Below are positions 7,936 to 15,707 of a DNA stretch of 64,000 bases, one piece after another; the stretch's first letter is position 1; every line of letters starts with the position of its first letter. This stretch comes from a phage. The position numbers were made by a program, and so were the translations under genes. A model generated the notes under the pieces. It saw nothing but the letters and a program-made list of their open reading frames with translations. It was not told the origin of the DNA and did no database searches. The DNA lies in NCBI GenBank assembly GCA_019326865.1, contig GCA_019326865.1_4101.1; one strand, written 5' to 3'.

Positions 7936-8340
7936 ATGTATACCATGATTACTAAATTCTACGCTACCCGTGAAGCTGCCCGTATTGTTGCACGCGAGGA
8001 AGGAGCGGCATTTAAAGACATGGGCAAAGATGCACCGAAAGGCCAACGCTGGAGCGTACAGTTCAAAGAAATCTCTGATATTGTGAATTCACCTGAACCA
8101 GTACTGACAGCAGCAGAACAGAAGAAAGCTGATGAACTGGCGGCAATTCTTAACGCTCAAGATGAATTCGTCGAGGGTGCTGATATCCAGGTTGTAGTAA
8201 ATTCGAATGCATGGACTCACGCGGATCATCTGGCTAACCTGAAGCGTCCAAGCGTATTGATTCGCAACCATAAAGAGATCCGACACGACCGCAAGGGCAA
8301 CCGTGTTACTGTATACAGTAAACGCCGCCAGGTTATCTAA
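7936..8340 (+). CDS. hypothetical protein (134 aa)
   Basis: ORF track; alternative start ATG 7945; followed by terminator. Confidence 0.6.
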   Translation: MYTMITKFYATREAARIVAREEGAAFKDMGKDAPKGQRWSVQFKEISDIVNSPEPVLTAAEQKKADELAAILNAQDEFVEGADIQVVVNSNAWTHADHLANLKRPSVLIRNHKEIRHDRKGNRVTVYSKRRQVI

Positions 8341-8362
8341 TACCTAGCAGTACTAACAACAC

Positions 8363-8388
8363 GGCGGGATCTGTTCCCGCCTTTTTTA
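8363..8388 (+). terminator. rho-independent terminator
   Basis: GGCGGGA-TCTGT-TCCCGCC followed by TTTTTT. Confidence 0.7.
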
Positions 8389-8402
8389 CAGGATAAACTA
8401 AA

Positions 8403-8657
8403 ATGATTAAGGTAAAACTATCTAAAGATAATATCTTGCGGGTACACTATAAAGCCCCTCAGAGAATCATCACAAAGGCCGTACAGCTTGCGAATGAGTT
8501 TATTAATGGTAATCTATTACCTAGGAAGTTAAGCAACGGAAAACTGCGTGTAATCGATGTAGACACTAACAACAGAATAGTAATAGAGAATACCGGAAAG
8601 ATAAACCTATATGAACACCAACAATATAATAAGAAAATAAAACTAATTAGTCGTTGA
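8403..8657 (+). CDS. hypothetical protein (84 aa)
   Basis: ORF track. Confidence 0.55.
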   Translation: MIKVKLSKDNILRVHYKAPQRIITKAVQLANEFINGNLLPRKLSNGKLRVIDVDTNNRIVIENTGKINLYEHQQYNKKIKLISR

Positions 8658-8711
8658 CAGTACTCAAATGTTTTAGTACTATATATCTATACCAACACGG
8701 AGAGAAACAAA

Positions 8712-8930
8712 ATGAAATTATCTAAAATCGAAAAGAAAACTATTGACGTAGCTATCCAACATGGTTACACCTTTCGTAATGATTTACATTTTACCAATTT
8801 TCAACAAGGGTATCGTACTATTAAAAAACTAATTGACAAAGGTTTATTAGTTAAAGTAGACAACGGCAACGGCGTTGAATATCAACCAACACAGGACGCA
8901 TTTAATTTTAAGAAATATAATATTATCTAA
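8712..8930 (+). CDS. hypothetical protein (72 aa), possible winged-helix DNA binder
   Basis: ORF track; promoter TTGACA 8654; IKKLIDKGLLVKVDNGNG wing-like segment (weak). Confidence 0.5.
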   Translation: MKLSKIEKKTIDVAIQHGYTFRNDLHFTNFQQGYRTIKKLIDKGLLVKVDNGNGVEYQPTQDAFNFKKYNII

Positions 8931-8987
8931 TTGACAGTACTCAAATGTTTTAGTACTATATCTATACCAACACAGGAAAAAAACAAA

Positions 8988-9572
8988 ATGCGTAATTATA
9001 CTAAATTCATCCGTACACTGTCAGAAATGGAAACCAACAAAGAGATCTTGACAGCTTGTCGGTTAGCTGGTCTGGAGATCATCGGTGCGGGGTCTTCCCG
9101 TATTGTATTCGCTTTAAATGATCGGTTAGTGATTAAGGTCGCGAATTGTGATGCGGGTGTAGAACAAAATGAAACAGAATGTAAAGTATGGAATTTTTTA
9201 GATTATGACCGACCTCAGTTGAAACAGTTCTTTGCTAAAGTACATATGCATTTAAGCGATCCTGATAATATGTTTATTGTTATGGATCGGTTGAGTACTG
9301 CAAGTAAAGGCAGTGTAAAGCACGTTAACGCGTGCAACGAATTAAAGTACAATATTAAACGTAATGCAATCGAACGCCAGCACCGCTTTGCTGATGCACT
9401 ACAACACGTCGATGATACATTATCAACACTAACGATCAGAGATATCAGAAAACAGAATATCGGACAGGATCGAAATGGACTGATTAAAGTACTTGATTAT
9501 GGTTTAACCCGCAATATCTGGAATCAGTACTATAAAAAGCGTGATGTAAAAGCCGTAACTATAACACGATAA
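8988..9572 (+). CDS. compact protein-kinase-like protein (194 aa)
   Basis: start moved from track TTG 8931; Gly-loop IGAGSSRIVF, VIKV lysine, catalytic-loop-like RDIRKQN, DFG-like LDYG. Confidence 0.5.
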   Translation: MRNYTKFIRTLSEMETNKEILTACRLAGLEIIGAGSSRIVFALNDRLVIKVANCDAGVEQNETECKVWNFLDYDRPQLKQFFAKVHMHLSDPDNMFIVMDRLSTASKGSVKHVNACNELKYNIKRNAIERQHRFADALQHVDDTLSTLTIRDIRKQNIGQDRNGLIKVLDYGLTRNIWNQYYKKRDVKAVTITR

Positions 9573-9580
9573 AAAAGATT

Positions 9581-9705
9581 AAAAAAGGGATTGACTCCGG
9601 TCAGTCCCTTTGCTATTATATATTCATTGAGAGATAGCTCACTAGCCCACAGGGTGCGGGAGTGTATCTATTATATAAGTATTGAGTACTGAAAACTATT
9701 TTTAA
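9581..9705. repeat. intergenic element R copy 3
   Basis: hairpin GGGATTGAC-TCCG-GTCAGTCCC; TTGACT(9591)-17-TATTAT; conserved core. Confidence 0.75.
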
Positions 9706-9713
9706 AAAGTACT

Positions 9714-9740
9714 TGCATTGTACTTAGATTCAAGTATAAT
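9714..9740 (+). promoter_or_regulatory. sigma70-like promoter with 5' leader hairpin
   Basis: TTGCAT-15nt-TATAAT; imperfect GGGGGAACGTCCC hairpin; SD AAGGAAT. Confidence 0.55.
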
Positions 9741-9787
9741 GTTTTATATCGAGAGGGGGAACGTCCCTGATAATAAGGAATAAAATC

Positions 9788-10009
9788 ATGACTACAATGA
9801 CTTGCATTTACGCTTCCAATCTTCTGAATGATGCTGTTTTTAATGTTGATTCAGAATATCAATGTTATCGGGATGAAAATAAAAAAGTTTTTGTAGTTGA
9901 TAATAATGGTTTCCATATTGAATTACAATCCGGCTTCACTGGTGTTGATGGTAAATCAGTATGGGGCGTACAGGATGATAAAGGCACATATCATTTTAAA
10001 CGTAATTAA
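9788..10009 (+). CDS. hypothetical protein (73 aa)
   Basis: ORF track; SD AAGGAAT. Confidence 0.6.
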   Translation: MTTMTCIYASNLLNDAVFNVDSEYQCYRDENKKVFVVDNNGFHIELQSGFTGVDGKSVWGVQDDKGTYHFKRN

Positions 10010-10012
10010 GTA

Positions 10013-10040
10013 TTGACAAAGTATCTTAGTACTGTATAAT
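10013..10040 (+). promoter_or_regulatory. sigma70-like promoter with double leader hairpin
   Basis: TTGACA-16nt-TATAAT; same double hairpin as at 3460-3510. Confidence 0.6.
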
Positions 10041-10124
10041 AGTTTACATCAAGGGCAACGGGAAGTTTTAAAAACTTCCCTATAGGGAGAACAGTTCTCC
10101 CCGATACTAAAAGGAAACAAAAAT

Positions 10125-10397
10125 ATGTCTAGCTACTCCGCTACTATGATCATTAAAGATATGAACGGTAATCCTACTGCTGCTGGTGGATCATTTGGAA
10201 ACATTAACTTAGATGGTCGGTTAACCATGCAATCAGCCATCAATGCAGCGAAAGAAGTTTTTAAGAATGAATGCACTGTAAGTAAGCTGGATTATATGGG
10301 ATTCGCTATCGAGAAAACTAATCGTTTTGTGAACTACAAAAATCCACTGATGATTGATACTAACCTGAAAGCTAACGAAGTGGAATACTTATTATGA
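10125..10397 (+). CDS. hypothetical protein (90 aa)
   Basis: ORF track; SD AAAGGAAAC. Confidence 0.6.
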   Translation: MSSYSATMIIKDMNGNPTAAGGSFGNINLDGRLTMQSAINAAKEVFKNECTVSKLDYMGFAIEKTNRFVNYKNPLMIDTNLKANEVEYLL

Positions 10398-10585
10398 CAG
10401 TTGAAGAAGTTAAAAAAGTACTGGCAGTTCTACGCTATCATAACCATTGCAAGGTGAAGAATGATTCTGATTATCTTGATTCATCCCTTGAGGAAGACAC
10501 ATTAAACGCAATAAGCTATATGCAAACATTATTAAAACGTATGACCGAAAAGAATAGACCGGACTATATCGGAAATAAAATTTAA
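10394..10585 (+). CDS. hypothetical protein (63 aa)
   Basis: ORF track; ATGA-coupled. Confidence 0.5.
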   Translation: MTVEEVKKVLAVLRYHNHCKVKNDSDYLDSSLEEDTLNAISYMQTLLKRMTEKNRPDYIGNKI

Positions 10586-10593
10586 AAAGTACT

Positions 10594-10620
10594 TGCATTG
10601 TAGTTAGATTAACGTATAAT
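10594..10620 (+). promoter_or_regulatory. sigma70-like promoter with 5' leader hairpin
   Basis: TTGCAT-15nt-TATAAT; GAGGGGAAATGGTTTCCCCTC hairpin. Confidence 0.55.
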
Positions 10621-10671
10621 GTTTTATATCGAGAGGGGAAATGGTTTCCCCTCAAGTCCAGGAGATACACA

Positions 10672-10935
10672 ATGAACACTATCGAAATCACTATCAATGC
10701 TCACGTATACGACAACGTAGTACTGCAAACTACTATGACCGCTAATGATACCAGTACTTTGCGGAATACTGTTATTAGTGCTGTATGTGCCGCTATCGGT
10801 GATGTCGCCCTGGAAAATGCAAAACACGTAAACGATGGTTTCACTATGTGCAAGCGTGATAACGCAAAACATATCATCGTAGAAGGTTACGGCGGTGTAG
10901 AATATAATGTTTATATGAAAAAAGTACTTGCATAA
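10672..10935 (+). CDS. hypothetical protein (87 aa)
   Basis: ORF track; SD CAGGAGA; 3' end overlaps next promoter. Confidence 0.6.
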   Translation: MNTIEITINAHVYDNVVLQTTMTANDTSTLRNTVISAVCAAIGDVALENAKHVNDGFTMCKRDNAKHIIVEGYGGVEYNVYMKKVLA

Positions 10936-10955
10936 TAACTAAAACAAAGTATAAT
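10928..10955 (+). promoter_or_regulatory. sigma70-like promoter with 5' leader hairpin
   Basis: TTGCAT-16nt-TATAAT; GGGGGAGATATCCTCCCCC hairpin. Confidence 0.55.
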
Positions 10956-11002
10956 GTTTTGCATAGGGGGAGATATCCTCCCCCACTAAAAGGAGTAATA
11001 AA

Positions 11003-11227
11003 ATGGCTAACTTTGATGAACTGATGCGGGAAGTAGCTAACCTGGCAGAAGAGAAGAAATCATTCGATTCTATCTATAACACCTCTTACCGTGATTCAGT
11101 ACTGGCATGTAACCAGGATCAAAAAGATGAACTAATCGCCACCTATTATGAAGCATGGAAGTACTACCGACAATGGGAGAAAGAAGAAAGTGAGTCTACC
11201 ATTGACGGCCTCAATAATCTAATCTAA
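11003..11227 (+). CDS. hypothetical protein (74 aa)
   Basis: ORF track; SD AAAGGAG. Confidence 0.6.
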   Translation: MANFDELMREVANLAEEKKSFDSIYNTSYRDSVLACNQDQKDELIATYYEAWKYYRQWEKEESESTIDGLNNLI

Positions 11228-11245
11228 AGTTTTATTTCAGTACTA

Positions 11246-11274
11246 TTGACATAGATTGATAGTACTGATATGAT
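11246..11274 (+). promoter_or_regulatory. sigma70-like promoter
   Basis: TTGACA-17nt-TATGAT; partial copy of the 790 cassette. Confidence 0.45.
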
Positions 11275-11302
11275 AACTTTACTATCTACAAGGGGAAACA
11301 TC

Positions 11303-11560
11303 ATGGAACAATTCACACAATATCGGGTAAATCCTCAAGCTATGGCATACGTAGAAGACCATAAAACGTTACCAGTACAAACACCAATTAAAGGCCATAT
11401 CTATCGTGCAATGTCATGGAATCCGGCCCAGTATGGCTATAACACCGTAGCCGTGGGCATGTACTGCGGCAATGGTGAATGGTTTGATCCTAACAATCCG
11501 ATTGCACTTGATAGTACTGAAAAAATGAAATGGGCCGACTACATCGAAGATATTTCATAA
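11303..11560 (+). CDS. hypothetical protein (85 aa)
   Basis: start moved from track 11270 (ATG inside -10 region) to ATG after SD AAGGGGAAA. Confidence 0.55.
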   Translation: MEQFTQYRVNPQAMAYVEDHKTLPVQTPIKGHIYRAMSWNPAQYGYNTVAVGMYCGNGEWFDPNNPIALDSTEKMKWADYIEDIS

Positions 11561-11567
11561 AAATTAT

Positions 11568-11595
11568 TTGACAGTACTAACCAGTAATGTATAAT
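11568..11595 (+). promoter_or_regulatory. sigma70-like promoter with 5' leader hairpin
   Basis: TTGACA-16nt-TATAAT; GCGGGGGAATAGTTCTCCCGC hairpin. Confidence 0.55.
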
Positions 11596-11650
11596 GTTTT
11601 ACATAGAGCGGGGGAATAGTTCTCCCGCCAATAGTTTGGAGTAAAACATT

Positions 11651-11851
11651 ATGTCTATCGCTATCGCCCTGGTCGAAGTACTGAAAGAAGCTAAAGCCAA
11701 CCTTATCGATGTACAGATTAAGGAATTGCAAAATGGCTTAATCGGCTGTACTTGTACCGCTGGTGGCCCGTCAGACTATCGGGAATTCGAATCACTTGAA
11801 TCGATGGTCCGTTATCTTACAATCATCGTAGAAGATTGGAGAATCATCTAA
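11651..11851 (+). CDS. hypothetical protein (66 aa)
   Basis: ORF track; SD TTTGGAG. Confidence 0.55.
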   Translation: MSIAIALVEVLKEAKANLIDVQIKELQNGLIGCTCTAGGPSDYREFESLESMVRYLTIIVEDWRII

Positions 11852-11865
11852 CAAAAAAAAAGAAT

Positions 11866-12005
11866 AAAAAGGGATTGACTCCGGTCAGTCCCTTTGCTAT
11901 TATATACGCATAGACAAAAACTAGCCCACAGGGTGCATAGGTGTATCTTAAATATATAGTTAATAACGGTGAGTAACTATCTGCTGGTGGGGTGAAAACT
12001 ATTAA
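11866..12005. repeat. intergenic element R copy 4 (diverged)
   Basis: same hairpin and TTGACT(11875)-17-TATTAT; central part diverged, keeps CTAGCCCACAGGGTGC. Confidence 0.7.
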
Positions 12006-12014
12006 TAAAAAGTA

Positions 12015-12043
12015 TTGACAAAGTATATCAGTACTGCAATAAT
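12015..12043 (+). promoter_or_regulatory. sigma70-like promoter
   Basis: TTGACA-17nt-AATAAT. Confidence 0.45.
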
Positions 12044-12097
12044 GTATCTCGTAGGGCGGCAATGGTGCGACGGTCCACAAAGTTAGGAGATTCACAA

Positions 12098-12430
12098 ATG
12101 AGTACTTCAATCGCTATCGTTAAAGCTTTCATCCGTACCAACGTTTCATCTGTATTCATTGACGGACTGGATCGGGAAGTAGAATACTCAATCATTATCG
12201 CACAAACTGCAAACGGTGCTCGGTACATCCTTAATAATAGTGAAGCAAATCACTACTACTTCACTAAAGCCACTGGCTTTAAACGCATCGATGCTGATGT
12301 AGTATACGCTAAGATGAATAAGCTGGTAGACAAGATTAACGCGAAAGGTACTATCGATTTACAGTACTGGACCGAAACCGATCCAGAATATGGATCTCAC
12401 CGCTACCTGAATCCAGGTATTAAAATGTAA
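12098..12430 (+). CDS. hypothetical protein (110 aa)
   Basis: start moved from track 12062 to ATG after SD AGGAGA. Confidence 0.6.
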   Translation: MSTSIAIVKAFIRTNVSSVFIDGLDREVEYSIIIAQTANGARYILNNSEANHYYFTKATGFKRIDADVVYAKMNKLVDKINAKGTIDLQYWTETDPEYGSHRYLNPGIKM

Positions 12431-12437
12431 AAAGTAC

Positions 12438-12465
12438 TTGCATAGTACTTAGATTTAAGTATAAT
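12438..12465 (+). promoter_or_regulatory. sigma70-like promoter with 5' leader hairpin
   Basis: TTGCAT-16nt-TATAAT; GAGGGGGAAATGGTTCTCCCTCC hairpin. Confidence 0.55.
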
Positions 12466-12519
12466 GTTTTTCATAGAGAGGGGGAAATGGTTCTCCCTCC
12501 TAAATTAAGGAGTTTTATC

Positions 12520-12921
12520 ATGACCTTCTCAATCACTTCCTTCGCTGACGTTTTAGTACTGGCTCGGACTTTCGGCAAAGCTGGCCTTGAGCACGCTGTA
12601 AGTAATGGTTATATGCACCCGGAATATTGCCGCATTATCGGTAGCTGTAAACGTTGGGCCGTGTCCCGTAATATTGAGATTGAAAACTTCAATGATGGTA
12701 ACAACGAATATACAGTTGATGCAGTATTCGAATCCGTTGATCTCGGCGGTATCTATAACACTAACCTGAATGATGTGCGTATTGTTCGCACGGGGTTCGG
12801 TGCTTATGATGTATCTATCCGTGAAGCGATGGACAAGGGATACATTAGCAAGGATCAGTTAGCTTACATTATGCAGCAGACTAAAGAGCGTAATGAAGCA
12901 CGCACTATCTTAGGTCTGTAA
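12520..12921 (+). CDS. hypothetical protein (133 aa)
   Basis: start moved from track 12487 (ATG in hairpin loop) to ATG after SD AAGGAG. Confidence 0.6.
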   Translation: MTFSITSFADVLVLARTFGKAGLEHAVSNGYMHPEYCRIIGSCKRWAVSRNIEIENFNDGNNEYTVDAVFESVDLGGIYNTNLNDVRIVRTGFGAYDVSIREAMDKGYISKDQLAYIMQQTKERNEARTILGL

Positions 12922-12989
12922 GCATTACACATCACTAAACATCATAGGCCGCTCTCTAGCGGCCTTAACTATATCAGGAGTACATACAC

Positions 12990-13199
12990 ATGATCTATAC
13001 AGTATACAGTGTTCTAGGCACTATTGCAGGTGTACACGATAATGTCGATGATACTATGATTACAGTACTGCAACAGGTTCCACTAAAGCCTAAGACAGTT
13101 AAGAAGATGACCGCACGACTAACCAGGGCGACGGCTGGCGTGGAAGTATGGCAGGACTACGGGGATACACAGGTAATCGTAAGCGTAACGAGGGATTAA
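12990..13199 (+). CDS. hypothetical protein (69 aa)
   Basis: ORF track; SD CAGGAG; preceded by hairpin AGGCCGCT-CTCT-AGCGGCCT. Confidence 0.55.
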   Translation: MIYTVYSVLGTIAGVHDNVDDTMITVLQQVPLKPKTVKKMTARLTRATAGVEVWQDYGDTQVIVSVTRD

Positions 13200-13418
13200 T
13201 ACGTAAAATGATTTAGTACTGATTCAGAAAAAAGTCAAGGCGTTTTTAAAATTATGCGTTAAAAAAATGCATAGGTAATCCCTTGACTTTTTTGAAATAA
13301 AAGGGATTGGACTATGGCAAAATGCGTAGGGGGGCTAAAGTGCGGGTAACTTAGCGGCTTCGATAAAGGGGTATTACGAATAAAATGTTATTGACTTTTT
13401 ATATAAATCGTATAAAAT

Positions 13419-13646
13419 ATGATTGATAATAATTTTAAGGGAGTCCCTGTGCGTATTTTAACTCAAGCAGAACACCACGAAAGACTTATCAATAACATGG
13501 CTATGATAATGTATAAGTCCCATGACCGTGGTATTGCCTATAAGCGTGAATTAGTACTGGAACTATTCATTGGAACTAACTTTCAGGAAAGGTATGTCAA
13601 CGATTGGATTTGGTATTTAATTGAAGATATAACGAGTAAACTATGA
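13419..13646 (+). CDS. family A paralog (LGTNYQ motif), hypothetical
   Basis: famA motif IGTNFQERYV; start may be GTG 13446 after SD AGGGAG. Confidence 0.6.
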   Translation: MIDNNFKGVPVRILTQAEHHERLINNMAMIMYKSHDRGIAYKRELVLELFIGTNFQERYVNDWIWYLIEDITSKL

Positions 13647-13837
13647 TCATTTTAAATAAAGAAGAATATCAAGAACTGTTACGTAAAAACTTTGTAAAGA
13701 TTTATAATACAGACACACACGTAGAACGAATGGAGTTATACCTTTTGATTACATTGGGAACTAACTATCAGGAAAGATGGGTGATTCAATATATGGATAC
13801 ATTGAAAAATAAAATATTGTCCACGAGGAAACAATGA
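13643..13837 (+). CDS. family A paralog, hypothetical
   Basis: famA LGTNYQERWV; ATGA-coupled. Confidence 0.6.
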   Translation: MIILNKEEYQELLRKNFVKIYNTDTHVERMELYLLITLGTNYQERWVIQYMDTLKNKILSTRKQ

Positions 13838-14043
13838 AAACTATAACACGAACCCAATCATTCGGACTTATCTTGAAATACATGGACTTAATGGTGGATA
13901 TCAGCAAAGACCTGCCTAAAACTGCAATTGAAGTTGCAAGAGCAGAGATCCGCATGTTGGCTGTACTGAACACAAACCATCAGGAAGAGTATGTTGACGA
14001 TTGGATTCGATTTTTAATAGAAGATATTAAGAGTAAACTATGA
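13834..14043 (+). CDS. family A paralog, hypothetical
   Basis: famA LNTNHQEEYV; ATGA-coupled. Confidence 0.6.
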   Translation: MKTITRTQSFGLILKYMDLMVDISKDLPKTAIEVARAEIRMLAVLNTNHQEEYVDDWIRFLIEDIKSKL

Positions 14044-14252
14044 TTATATTAACACCTGAAGAATATAAGAAACGTTTTAATTCTGTCCAGACTGAAATAT
14101 TACTTATATACCTTTCAAATGCAGATCTTAACTTATCAAGGGTAATGGAGAAGGATTTACTTATGGGTGCATTTTTGGATACAGACTTTCAGGAGTATTA
14201 TGTAGGGGAATACTTTATTGCACTTCAGAACCACATTAAGAGTAAACTATGA
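14040..14252 (+). CDS. family A paralog, hypothetical
   Basis: famA LDTDFQEYYV; ATGA-coupled. Confidence 0.6.
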   Translation: MIILTPEEYKKRFNSVQTEILLIYLSNADLNLSRVMEKDLLMGAFLDTDFQEYYVGEYFIALQNHIKSKL

Positions 14253-14464
14253 TTATTCTAGAAAAATCATATCAATATACTGAACGCATCGCTGCCAGAC
14301 AACTTGAAATCCTCATAATATACGAAGAGACTTCTGATTTAAACTTAGCCGAGGTATTGGAAAATGAAATACTTTTGGGTGCATTCTTGGGAACAGACTA
14401 TCAGGAGTATTATGAGGAAAAGTATTTGTCATCTCTTGAGAAATACGTCAGGAGCAAACTATGA
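14249..14464 (+). CDS. family A paralog, hypothetical
   Basis: famA LGTDYQEYYE; ATGA-coupled. Confidence 0.6.
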   Translation: MIILEKSYQYTERIAARQLEILIIYEETSDLNLAEVLENEILLGAFLGTDYQEYYEEKYLSSLEKYVRSKL

Positions 14465-14688
14465 AACATTTAAGTAATATAGAGAAGAATAAAATTATCA
14501 TTGCTGTAATAAACAAATATTTTACACTTCCACAAAAAGAATGTTTATCTATAAGGGAACACAGGATAAACACCACCGAGATTCGCATGTTGGCTGTACT
14601 GGGGACTAACTTCCAAGAAGGCTATGTTCATGAGCACATCGTTGCACTCACTAATTACATAATGGACAAATGCAATGAACATCATTAA
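14461..14688 (+). CDS. family A paralog, hypothetical
   Basis: famA LGTNFQEGYV. Confidence 0.6.
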   Translation: MKHLSNIEKNKIIIAVINKYFTLPQKECLSIREHRINTTEIRMLAVLGTNFQEGYVHEHIVALTNYIMDKCNEHH

Positions 14689-14899
14689 TAACTTTGAATA
14701 CGAGGCCCGTGTTAAGAGTGCCAGAAAAAAAGAGAACACCATTTACTTCACTATGATGTACTTACAATGGACTGAAATTGAAGAAAAGGTTGCTGAAGTA
14801 TGGATGTTGGAATTCATGGGGACGCAGTATCAGAATAGGTTTGCGGGTGAGTATATCAATGTTCTTATGAAACAAATAGAAAGGAAGGAAAAGAACTAA
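14675..14899 (+). CDS. family A paralog, hypothetical
   Basis: famA MGTQYQNRFA. Confidence 0.55.
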   Translation: MNIINNFEYEARVKSARKKENTIYFTMMYLQWTEIEEKVAEVWMLEFMGTQYQNRFAGEYINVLMKQIERKEKN

Positions 14900-14988
14900 T
14901 GGAGGGATGCTGTACTTTATTGGAACTTTTATATATTCATGAACACATAGTTGCCCTCACAAATCTAATAAAGGATAAATGTAAATGA
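14899..14988 (+). pseudogene. truncated family A remnant (29 codons)
   Basis: encodes MEGCCTLLELLYIHEHIVALTNLIKDKCK, matching only the C-terminal end of 14461..14688. Confidence 0.45.
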
Positions 14989-15242
14989 AACACTTGACTG
15001 ATGATGAACATGAAACTATAATTCGTAAACTAACCCCCATCACAAGGATAGTCTACGGTGATCCCAGCCTCACATGGAACCAAATGCGAGCTAAAGTTAA
15101 TGAGCTATGGTTGCTGTACTTTATGGGGACTCAATATCAAGATAAGTTTTGCACAGAATATATCGAACAATTAACGAATGTTATACAGGATAAACTAAAT
15201 GAACGAATTGTGGAAAAATATGAAAACTTTATCAAGCATTGA
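14985..15242 (+). CDS. family A paralog, hypothetical
   Basis: famA MGTQYQDKFC; N-terminus MKHLTDDEH shared with 17780. Confidence 0.6.
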   Translation: MKHLTDDEHETIIRKLTPITRIVYGDPSLTWNQMRAKVNELWLLYFMGTQYQDKFCTEYIEQLTNVIQDKLNERIVEKYENFIKH

Positions 15243-15471
15243 GTATCAGACTGCCCTCTTCTCTCTTCTAAACACCCTCCGCACGAACAATAAACTTTAT
15301 AATTCACGTGAAGCTGATATTGTCAACGCTGATGTATATCTTAATAAATTTATAGGGACTAACTATCAAGAACTGTTTGTTTTACGATATATCTCTGCAC
15401 TAAGAAACGAAATATCAGATAAAACCCGCCAAGCCAGAAGAGAATGGAAGAGACAATGCAACAAAGACTAA
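15199..15471 (+). CDS. family A paralog, hypothetical
   Basis: famA IGTNYQELFV; start may be ATG 15220. Confidence 0.55.
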   Translation: MNELWKNMKTLSSIEYQTALFSLLNTLRTNNKLYNSREADIVNADVYLNKFIGTNYQELFVLRYISALRNEISDKTRQARREWKRQCNKD

Positions 15472-15707
15472 ATCACAAAATGTATTGTAAACTATTACAG
15501 AATCTAGGACAAAAACACTATGATACAGTATCTGAAATATTACCCTATGATATCATGCGTTTAATTCATAGTGAGGCAGAGATGCTTGTACTGATGACCG
15601 GTACTGATAAAACAGCAATCACCAGATCGATAGAGCAATATATTGATGCACACTGTCAATGTATTAGAACTGAGATATGGAGGCGAGTAAATGAAAGTAC
15701 TGAATGA
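15444..15707 (+). CDS. family A-like divergent paralog, hypothetical
   Basis: position in array; degenerate motif MTGTDKTAI. Confidence 0.5.
   Translation: MEETMQQRLNHKMYCKLLQNLGQKHYDTVSEILPYDIMRLIHSEAEMLVLMTGTDKTAITRSIEQYIDAHCQCIRTEIWRRVNESTE

Noticed and set aside
2437-12487. Track start codons at 2437, 3003, 5914, 8931, 11270, 12062, 12487
   Set aside because: These ATG/TTG codons fall inside the -10 element or the 5' leader hairpin loop. The next in-frame ATG has proper SD spacing, so starts were moved downstream.
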